Made by a program: the position numbers and the translations under genes
Notes under the pieces: generated by a model
Databases searched by the model: none
What the model was told of the DNA's origin: nothing
Seen by the model: the letters and a program-made list of their open reading frames with translations, nothing else
Part shown: in pieces, positions 1 through 11,611 of the stretch
How positions within the stretch are numbered: position 1 is the stretch's first letter
How the letters are laid out: every line of letters starts with the position of its first letter
Source of the DNA: Eledone cirrhosa
Lineage: Eukaryota
Assembly: GCA_964016885.1 (NCBI GenBank)
Contig: OZ024749.1
Location: 19,096,001-19,160,000 of the forward strand
Length of the DNA: 64,000 bases
Direction: 5' to 3'

Positions 1-230
1 GATCTATATATATATATATATATAGATCTATATATATATATATAGATCTATATATATATATAGATCTATATATATATATATATAGATCTATATATATATA
101 TATATATAGATCTATATATATATATAGATCTATATATATATATATATAGATCTATATATATATATAGATCTATATATATATATATATATATATATAGATC
201 TATATATATATATATAGATCTATATATATA

Positions 231-308
<78 letters not shown>

Positions 309-442
309 TCTATATATATATATATATAGATCTATATATATATATATATATAGATCTATATATATATAGATCTATAGATCTATAGATCTATATATATATA
401 GATCTATATATATATATATATAGATCTCTATATATATATATA
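1..442. repeat. GATC(TA)n compound microsatellite
   Basis: (TA)n runs punctuated by GATC; the same satellite resumes at 9032-9733 and 10684-11094. Confidence 0.95.
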
Positions 443-561
443 TAAATTGAAAAAAATGAAAACGAAATTTCATTTCTCACTCTTAGTATGGCACTTACTT
501 AAATGTAAGTATGTATATATACGTACATACATATATGTATACAGACGTACAGTAGCATGCA

Positions 562-620
<59 letters not shown>

Positions 621-1072
621 ACACATATGCATACAGGTACACATACATATATGCACGCATCAGTTTAGCCGACGTTTATTATAACGCCGGCCGCTTTGTT
701 CGTTTGTTTGTCAACAAAGCGAACAGCCTGAATTTATGCCATACGGTGCTAAGGCAACCACGTCACCTTTTTGTTCAACACTGACACAGGAACGATGTAC
801 TAGTTTCAAGCTTGTTAGCTATCATCAGCACTGTTTACCCATCTGCCAGATAGTTGAACGTTCGAAAGTATATACTTTCCTTATGAAAATTAACGGCTGA
901 GCAGCCTAATTTGCATATTGAGTGAGTTAAATCGGTCAGGCATACCGAAAACGATAAATTGAAAAAAATGAAAACGAAATTTCATTTCTCACTCTTAGTA
1001 TGGCACTTACTTAAATGTAAGTATGTATATATACGTACATACATATATGTATACAGACGTACAGTAGCATGC

Positions 1073-1113
<41 letters not shown>

Positions 1114-1570
1114 CATACACACATATGCATACAGGTACACATACATATATGCACGCATCAGTTTAGCCGACGTTTATTATAACGCCGGCCGCTTTGTTCG
1201 TTTGTTTGTCAACAAAGCGAACAGCCTGAATTTATGCCATACGGTGCTAAGGCAACCACGTCACCTTTTTGTTCAACACTGACACAGGAACGATGTACTA
1301 GTTTCAAGCTTGTTAGCTATCATCAGCACCGTTTACCCATCTGCCAGATAGTTGAACGTTCGAAAGTATATACTTTCCTTATGAAAATTAACGGCTGAGC
1401 AGCCTAATTTGCATATTGAGTGAGTTAAATCGGTCAGGCATACCGAAAACGATAAATTGAAAAAAATGAAAACGAAATTTCATTTCTCACTCTTAGTATG
1501 GCACTTACTTAAATGTAAGTATGTATATATACGTACATACATATATGTATACAGACGTACAGTAGCATGC

Positions 1571-1630
<60 letters not shown>

Positions 1631-2082
1631 ACACATATGCATACAGGTACACATACATATATGCACGCATCAGTTTAGCCGACGTTTATTATAACGCCGG
1701 CCGCTTTGTTCGTTTGTTTGTCAACAAAGCGAACAGCCTGAATTTATGCCATACGGTGCTAAGGCAACCACGTCACCTTTTTGTTCAACACTGACACAGG
1801 AACGATGTACTAGTTTCAAGCTTGTTAGCTATCATCAGCACCGTTTACCCATCTGCTAGATAGTTGAACGTTCGAAAGTATATACTTTCCTTATGAAAAT
1901 TAACGGCTGAGCAGCCTAATTTGCATATTGAGTGAGTTAAATCGGTCAGGCATACCGAAAACGATAAATTGAAAAAAATGAAAACGAAATTTCATTTCTC
2001 ACTCTTAGTATGGCACTTACTTAAATGTAAGTATGTATATATACGTACATACATATATGTATACAGACGTACAGTAGCATGC

Positions 2083-2140
<58 letters not shown>

Positions 2141-2592
2141 ACACATATGCATACAGGTACACATACATATATGCACGCATCAGTTTAGCCGACGTTTATT
2201 ATAACGCCGGCCGCTTTGTTCGTTTGTTTGTCAACAAAGCGAACAGCCTGAATTTATGCCATACGGTGCTAAGGCAACCACGTCACCTTTTTGTTCAACA
2301 CTGACACAGGAACGATGTACTAGTTTCAAGCTTGTTAGCTATCATCAGCACCGTTTACCCATCTGCCAGATAGTTGAACGTTCGAAAGTATATACTTTCC
2401 TTATGAAAATTAACGGCTGAGCAGCCTAATTTGCATATTGAGTGAGTTAAATCGGTCAGGCATACCGAAAACGATAAATTGAAAAAAATGAAAACGAAAT
2501 TTCATTTCTCACTCTTAGTATGGCACTAACTTAAATGTAAGTATGTATATATACGTACATACATATATGTATACAGACGTACAGTAGCATGC

Positions 2593-2652
<60 letters not shown>

Positions 2653-3104
2653 ACACATATGCATACAGGTACACATACATATATGCACGCATCAGTTTAG
2701 CCGACGTTTATTATAACGCCGGCCGCTTTGTTCGTTTGTTTGTCAACAAAGCGAACAGCCTGAATTTATGCCATACGGTGCTAAGGCAACCACGTCACCT
2801 TTTTGTTCAACACTGACACAGGAACGATGTACTAGTTTCAAGCTTGTTAGCTATCATCAGCACCGTTTACCCATCTGCCAGATAGTTGAACGTTCGAAAG
2901 TATATACTTTCCTTATGAAAATTAACGGCTGAGCAGCCTAATTTGCATATTGAGTGAGTTAAATCGGTCAGGCATACCGAAAACGATAAATTGAAAAAAA
3001 TGAAAACGAAATTTCATTTCTCACTCTTAGTATGGCACTTACTTAAATGTAAGTATGTATATATACGTACATACATATATGTATACAGACGTACAGTAGC
3101 ATGC

Positions 3105-3164
<60 letters not shown>

Positions 3165-3616
3165 ACACATATGCATACAGGTACACATACATATATGCAC
3201 GCATCAGTTTAGCCGACGTTTATTATAACGCCGGCCGCTTTGTTCGTTTGTTTGTCAACAAAGCGAACAGCCTGAATTTATGCCATACGGTGCTAAGGCA
3301 ACCACGTCACCTTTTTGTTCAACACTGACACAGGAACGATGTACTAGTTTCAAGCTTGTTAGCTATCATCAGCACCGTTTACCCATCTGCCAGATAGTTG
3401 AACGTTCGAAAGTATATACTTTCCTTATGAAAATTAACGGCTGAGCAGCCTAATTTGCATATTGAGTGAGTTAAATCGGTCAGGCATACCGAAAACGATA
3501 AATTGAAAAAAATGAAAACGAAATTTCATTTCTCACTCTTAGTATGGCACTTACTTAAATGTAAGTATGTATATATACGTACATACATATATGTATACAG
3601 ACGTACAGTAGCATGC

Positions 3617-3676
<60 letters not shown>

Positions 3677-4128
3677 ACACATATGCATACAGGTACACAT
3701 ACATATATGCACGCATCAGTTTAGCCGACGTTTATTATAACGCCGGCCGCTTTGTTCGTTTGTTTGTCAACAAAGCGAACAGCCTGAATTTATGCCATAC
3801 GGTGCTAAGGCAACCACGTCACCTTTTTGTTCAACACTGACACAGGAACGATGTACTAGTTTCAAGCTTGTTAGCTATCATCAGCACCGTTTACCCATCT
3901 GCCAGATAGTTGAACGTTCGAAAGTATATACTTTCCTTATGAAAATTAACGGCTGAGCAGCCTAATTTGCATATTGAGTGAGTTAAATCGGTCAGGCATA
4001 CCGAAAACGATAAATTGAAAAAAATGAAAACGAAATTTCATTTCTCACTCTTAGTATGGCACTTACTTAAATGTAAGTATGTATATATACGTACATACAT
4101 ATATGTATACAGACGTACAGTAGCATGC

Positions 4129-4186
<58 letters not shown>

Positions 4187-4638
4187 ACACATATGCATAC
4201 AGGTACACATACATATATGCACGCATCAGTTTAGCCGACGTTTATTATAACGCCGGCCGCTTTGTTCGTTTGTTTGTCAACAAAGCGAACAGCCTGAATT
4301 TATGCCATACGGTGCTAAGGCAACCACGTCACCTTTTTGTTCAACACTGACACAGGAACGATGTACTAGTTTCAAGCTTGTTAGCTATCATCAGCACCGT
4401 TTACCCATCTGCCAGATAGTTGAACGTTCGAAAGTATATACTTTCCTTATGAAAATTAACGGCTGAGCAGCCTAATTTGCATATTGAGTGAGTTAAATCG
4501 GTCAGGCATACCGAAAACGATAAATTGAAAAAAATGAAAACGAAATTTCATTTCTCACTCTTAGTATGGCACTTACTTAAATGTAAGTATGTATATATAC
4601 GTACATACATATATGTATACAGACGTACAGTAGCATGC

Positions 4639-4698
<60 letters not shown>

Positions 4699-5150
4699 AC
4701 ACATATGCATACAGGTACACATACATATATGCACGCATCAGTTTAGCCGACGTTTATTATAACGCCGGCCGCTTTGTTCGTTTGTTTGTCAACAAAGCGA
4801 ACAGCCTGAATTTATGCCATACGGTGCTAAGGCAACCACGTCACCTTTTTGTTCAACACTGACACAGGAACGATGTACTAGTTTCAAGCTTGTTAGCTAT
4901 CATCAGCACCGTTTACCCATCTGCCAGATAGTTGAACGTTCGAAAGTATATACTTTCCTTATGAAAATTAACGGCTGAGCAGCCTAATTTGCATATTGAG
5001 TGAGTTAAATCGGTCAGGCATACCGAAAACGATAAATTGAAAAAAATGAAAACGAAATTTCATTTCTCACTCTTAGTATGGCACTTACTTAAATGTAAGT
5101 ATGTATATATACGTACATACATATATGTATACAGACGTACAGTAGCATGC

Positions 5151-5206
<56 letters not shown>

Positions 5207-5658
5207 ACACATATGCATACAGGTACACATACATATATGCACGCATCAGTTTAGCCGACGTTTATTATAACGCCGGCCGCTTTGTTCGTTTGTTTGTCAA
5301 CAAAGCGAACAGCCTGAATTTATGCCATACGGTGCTAAGGCAACCACGTCACCTTTTTGTTCAACACTGACACAGGAACGATGTACTAGTTTCAAGCTTG
5401 TTAGCTATCATCAGCACCGTTTACCCATCTGCCAGATAGTTGAACGTTCGAAAGTATATACTTTCCTTATGAAAATTAACGGCTGAGCAGCCTAATTTGC
5501 ATATTGAGTGAGTTAAATCGGTCAGGCATACCGAAAACGATAAATTGAAAAAAATGAAAACGAAATTTCATTTCTCACTCTTAGTATGGCACTTACTTAA
5601 ATGTAAGTATGTATATATACGTACATACATATATGTATACAGACGTACAGTAGCATGC

Positions 5659-5693
<35 letters not shown>

Positions 5694-6154
5694 CACACAT
5701 ACACACATATGCATACAGGTACACATACATATATGCACGCATCAGTTTAGCCGACGTTTATTATAACGCCGGCCGCTTTGTTCGTTTGTTTGTCAACAAA
5801 GCGAACAGCCTGAATTTATGCCATACGGTGCTAAGGCAACCACGTCACCTTTTTGTTCAACACTGACACAGGAACGATGTACTAGTTTCAAGCTTGTTAG
5901 CTATCATCAGCACCGTTTACCCATCTGCCAGATAGTTGAACGTTCGAAAGTATATACTTTCCTTATGAAAATTAACGGCTGAGCAGCCTAATTTGCATAT
6001 TGAGTGAGTTAAATCGGTCAGGCATACCGAAAACGATAAATTGAAAAAAATGAAAACGAAATTTCATTTCTCACTCTTAGTATGGCACTTGCTTAAATGT
6101 AAGTATGTATATATACGTACATACATATATGTATACAGACGTACAATAGCATGC

Positions 6155-6206
<52 letters not shown>

Positions 6207-6658
6207 ACACAAATGCATACAGGTACACATACATATATGCACGCATCAGTTTAGCCGACGTTTATTATAACGCCGGCCGCTTTGTTCGTTTGTTTGTCAA
6301 CAAAGCGAACAGCCTGAATTTATGCCATACGGTGCTAAGGCAACCACGTCACCTTTTTGTTCAACACTGACACAGGAACGATGTACTAGTTTCAAGCTTG
6401 TTAGCTATCATCAGCACCGTTTACCCATCTGCCAGATAGTTGAACGTTCGAAAGTATATACTTTCCTTATGAAAATTAACGGCTGAGCAGCCTAATTTGC
6501 ATATTGAGTGAGTTAAATCGGTCAGGCATACCGAAAACGATAAATTGAAAAAAATGAAAACGAAATTTCATTTCTCACTCTTAGTATGGCACTTACTTAA
6601 ATGTAAGTATGTATATATACGTACATACATATATGTATACAGACGTACAGTAGCATGC

Positions 6659-6718
<60 letters not shown>

Positions 6719-7170
6719 ACACATATGCATACAGGTACACATACATATATGCACGCATCAGTTTAGCCGACGTTTATTATAACGCCGGCCGCTTTGTTCG
6801 TTTGTTTGTCAACAAAGCGAACAGCCTGAATTTATGCCATACGGTGCTAAGGCAACCACGTCACCTTTTTGTTCAACACTGACACAGGAACGATGTACTA
6901 GTTTCAAGCTTGTTAGCTATCATCAGCACCGTTTACCCATCTGCCAGATAGTTGAACGTTCGAAAGTATATACTTTCCTTATGAAAATTAACGGCTGAGC
7001 AGCCTAATTTGCATATTGAGTGAGTTAAATCGGTCAGGCATACCGAAAACGATAAATTGAAAAAAATGAAAACGAAATTTCATTTCTCACTCTTAGTATG
7101 GCACTTACTTAAATGTAAGTATGTATATATACGTACATACATATATGTATACAGACGTACAGTAGCATGC

Positions 7171-7234
<64 letters not shown>

Positions 7235-7687
7235 ACACATATGCATACAGGTACACATACATATATGCACGCATCAGTTTAGCCGACGTTTATTATAACG
7301 CCGGCCGCTTTGTTCGTTTGTTTGTCAACAAAGCGAACAGCCTGAATTTATGCCATACGGTGCTAAGGCAACCACGTCACCTTTTTGTTCAACACTGACA
7401 CAGGAACGATGTACTAGTTTCAAGCTTGTTAGCTATCATCAGCACCGTTTACCCATCTGCCAGATAGTTGAACGTTCGAAAGTATATACTTTCCTTATGA
7501 AAATTAACGGCTGAGCAGCCTAATTTGCATATTGAGTGAGTTAAATCGGTCAGGCATACCGAAAACGATAAATTGAAAAAAATGAAAACGAAATTTCATT
7601 TCTCACTCTTAGTATGGCACTTACTTAAATGTAAGTATGTATATATACGTACATACATATATGTATACAGACGTACAGTAGCATGCA

Positions 7688-7744
<57 letters not shown>

Positions 7745-8196
7745 ACACATATGCATACAGGTACACATACATATATGCACGCATCAGTTTAGCCGACGTT
7801 TATTATAACGCCGGCCGCTTTGTTCGTTTGTTTGTCAACAAAGCGAACAGACTGAATTTATGCCATACGGTGCTAAGGCAACCACGTCACCTTTTTGTTC
7901 AACACTGACACAGGAACGATGTACTAGTTTCAAGCTTGTTAGCTATCATCAGCACCGTTTACCCATCTGCCAGATAGTTGAACGTTCGAAAGTATATACT
8001 TTCCTTATGAAAATTAACGGCTGAGCAGCCTAATTTGCATATTGAGTGAGTTAAATCGGTCAGGCATACCGAAAACGATAAATTGAAAAAAATGAAAACG
8101 AAATTTCATTTCTCACTCTTAGTATGGCACTTACTTAAATGTAAGTATGTATATATACGTACATACATATATGTATACAGACGTACAGTAGCATGC

Positions 8197-8256
<60 letters not shown>

Positions 8257-8692
8257 ACACATATGCATACAGGTACACATACATATATGCACGCATCAGT
8301 TTAGCCGACGTTTATTATAACGCCGGCCGCTTTGTTCGTTTGTTTGTCAACAAAGCGAACAGCCTGAATTTATGCCATACGGTGCTAAGGCAACCACGTC
8401 ACCTTTTTGTTCAACACTGACACAGGAACGATGTACTAGTTTCAAGCTTGTTAGCTATCATCAGCACCGTTTACCCATCTGCCAGATAGTTGAACGTTCG
8501 AAAGTATATACTTTCCTTATGAAAATTAACGGCTGAGCAGCCTAATTTGCATATTGAGTGAGTTAAATCGGTCAGGCATACCGAAAACGATAAATTGAAA
8601 AAAATGAAAAGAAATTTCATTTCTCACTCTTAGTATGGCACTTACTTAAATGTAAGTATGTATATATACGTACATACATATATGTATACAGA
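442..8692 (-). repeat. Tandem array of ~510-bp units (16 full + partial 17th), each with a hammerhead ribozyme; retrozyme-like
   Basis: Equivalent positions at 447, 959, 1457, 1969, 2479, 2991, 3503, 4015, 4525, 5037, 5545, 6041, 6545, 7057, 7573, 8083, ~8595. Units are 496-516 bp and differ mainly in internal (TA)n length plus a few substitutions. Confidence 0.95.
791..835 (-). ncRNA. Minimal type I hammerhead ribozyme, unit 1; 45-nt copies also start at 1289, 1801, 2311, 2823, 3335, 3847, 4357, 4869, 5377, 5873, 6377, 6889, 7405, 7915, 8427
   Basis: Minus-strand consensus AACGGTG-CTGATGA-T-AGCT-AACA-AGCT-T-GAAA-CTAG-TA-CATCGTT: 7-bp stem I, CUGAUGA and GAAA core boxes, 4-bp stem II, palindromic stem III (ACTAGT), GUA cleavage triplet. 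Unit 1 has one stem I mismatch. Confidence 0.85.
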
Positions 8693-8913
8693 TGGGTAAA
8701 CGGTGCTGATGATAGCTAACAAGCTTGAAACTAGTACATCGTTCCTGTGTCAGTGTTGAACAAAAAGGTGACGTGGTTGCCTTAGCACCGTATGGCATAA
8801 ATTCAGGCTGTTCGCTTTGTTGACAAACAAACGAACAAAGCGGCCGGCGTTATAATAAACGTCGGCTAAACTGATGCGTGCATATATGTATGTGTACCTG
8901 TATGCATATGTGT

Positions 8914-8973
<60 letters not shown>

Positions 8974-9031
8974 GCATGCTACTGTACGTCTGTATACATA
9001 TATGTATGTACGTATATATACATACTTACAT
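8689..9031 (+). repeat. Inverted partial copy of the array unit
   Basis: Reverse complement of the unit, from CAGATGGGTAAAC to CATACTTACAT; 4-nt CAGA overlap at the junction. Confidence 0.95.
8699..8743 (+). ncRNA. Minimal type I hammerhead ribozyme in the inverted unit
   Basis: AACGGTG CTGATGA TAGCTAACAAGCTT GAAA CTAGTA CATCGTT read directly on the + strand. Confidence 0.85.
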
Positions 9032-9733
9032 ATATATATATAGATCTCTATATATATAGATCTATAGATCTATATATATATAGATCTATAGATCTATATA
9101 TATATAGATCTATATATATATATATATATAGATCTATATATATATATATATAGATCTATATATATATATATATAGATCTATATATATATATATAGATCTA
9201 TATATATATATATATAGATCTATATATATATATATATATAGATCTATATATATATATATATAGATCTATATATATATATATATAGATCTATATATATAGA
9301 TCTATATATATATATATAGATCTATATATATATATATATAGATCTATATATATATATATAGATCTATATATATATATATATATAGATCTATATATATATA
9401 TATATATATAGATCTCTATATATATATATATAGATCTCTATATATATATATATAGAGATCTATATATATATATATAGATCTCTATATATATATATATATA
9501 TAGAGATCTATATATATATATATATAGAGATCTATATATATATATATAGATCTCTATATATATATATATATATAGAGATCTATATATATATATATATAGA
9601 GATCTATATATATATATATATAGAGATCTATATATATATATATATAGAGATCTATATATATATATATATAGAGATCTATATATATATATATATAGAGATC
9701 TATATATATATATATATAGAGATCTATATATAT
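9032..9733. repeat. GATC/GAGATC(TA)n microsatellite
   Basis: Simple repeat. Confidence 0.95.
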
Positions 9734-10683
9734 GCCCTCTGGCAGGCGGATCCGGTTATCAGTGGAGACTCCACCGCAACATTCTATAGAGGGCTGGTAC
9801 GCAGCAGGTGTGACGACGCCCTCGGAGAAGCCCTAGACATGGAGGAGGACGAACTGGCCAGCCTGTTCGGTAGGACATTCAGCCCGGGACCTATGGACAA
9901 CTTCCAGAAGTCCCTGGCCTGGCAGTGCTACCGAGGGGCTTTACCCGTTCGAGAAAGGCTCTACAGACACGGGCGCCCGGGTAGGGACCCCGCCAAAAAG
10001 ATCTGTCCCAGATGCGTGTGCGACGAGGAAACCGTTGCACACGCATTGGTACACTGCTCGGGCGCAGCCGATCTGTGGGGCTATGTCGAACAACTGCTGT
10101 CAAGGGTGGGACCGATCCGGTTGACCACCGAGTCTATTGTAATGATCAAGCCGCCTCCCCCCTTCAAAGATGAAGCAGAGGCGGTGTTTCTGTGCGTAAT
10201 AGCCATGGCGAAAGAGGTTGTATGGTGGACGCGTCTGAAAGGACTGAGGTCAGGCACTTTTCTCTCTGGCCAACAACTGGTCCGTTTCTTCCGATATCAT
10301 TTCGGAAGAAGGATCAGGATGGAGAGAGAGGTGCTGCACCCCAGCCGTTTCTATGAAAGATGGGTGAAAGTGGCGAGAATGGCCCGTGTGAATGGGCCTT
10401 CACTCTACATCAGACTATAGGTGAGGAAGATGAAAGACCATGGGAGCACCCCTTCTCTGTGCTCCTGAGGAGAAGGGTTGCACACTTTTTTCGGGGGTGT
10501 GTGCGACCTCCCAAGGCGCCTCCTCTCTATTGAGGATTTTGTTAAAAATTTTATTTTTTGTTATATCTTATTTTATTTTTATATTTTGTTATTGCCTCCT
10601 CCTTATTGAGGACGCCTTTTTGTGTAAACTCCCCCCTTTGTACTTGTCCCACTTTTGATGCCCTAGTGGCAAATAAAAGAAAC
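9734..10683 (+). mobile_element. 5'-truncated L1/Tx1-group LINE (ORF2 C-terminal zinc-binding region + 3' UTR)
   Basis: ORF 9839-10420 has W...GALP...CPRC...[11 protein letters not shown], like the zf-RVT CCHC motif; T-rich 3' UTR with AATAAA near 10672; (TA)n on both sides. Confidence 0.8.
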
Positions 10684-10937
10684 ATATATATATATATATA
10701 TATAGATCTATATATATATATATATATAGATCTATATATATATATATATATATATATAGATCTATATATATATATATCTATATATATATATATATATATA
10801 TAGATCTATATATATATAGATCTATATATATATAGATCTATATATATATATATCTATATATATATATATATATATATAGATCTATATATATATAGATCTA
10901 TATATATATAGATCTATATATATATATATATATATAT

Positions 10938-10972
<35 letters not shown>

Positions 10973-11611
10973 TCTATATATATATAGATCTATATATATA
11001 TAGATATATATATATATATATATATAGATCTATATATATATAGATCTATATATATATAGATATATATATATATATATAGATCTATATAGATATATCATCA
11101 TCATCGTCATCGTTTTTAACGTCTATCTTCCACGATAGATAGCAGTTGAGCAGTTGAAGTATAAGGATGTGTTTTTACTTCTCTCCCCGAGTAAGCAGCA
11201 AGTCACACAGCCACAAAACAAAACCACAAAGACAAAACCAAACAAACAAAAATTGACCGGTTAATACATTTACATACATCTATATTATTATATATTTGAA
11301 AATTGACCGGTTAATACATTTACATACATCTATAATATATTATTATATATTTGAAACCACGTGTTTTCGAACTTGTGAGTACATTTTCCTTTAACTACAA
11401 ATTATTATTATATACTTTCCTCTTTTCATTAACTTAATTAATTTCAAATAACCAGAATATACATATATATATATATATACTCATATTTATATATATACTC
11501 TTCTCACTCACACACAAGAAAAACAAAAAACAAAAATAAATCAAAAATAAATTAAAAAAAAATATATATATATTGAAATACTTAACTAAAACACACACAC
11601 TCAAAACTAGA

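Noticed and set aside
442-8692. CRISPR array, or snRNA/5S/SL RNA gene cluster
   Set aside because: No unique spacers or cas genes and a eukaryotic context; no recognisable U snRNA, 5S or SL sequence despite the octamer motif
447-8977. Repeated 60-113 aa ORFs (MKKMKTKF..., MHIYIY...) in the array
   Set aside because: The frame changes with (TA)n length between units, one unit has a stop, and no domain is recognisable
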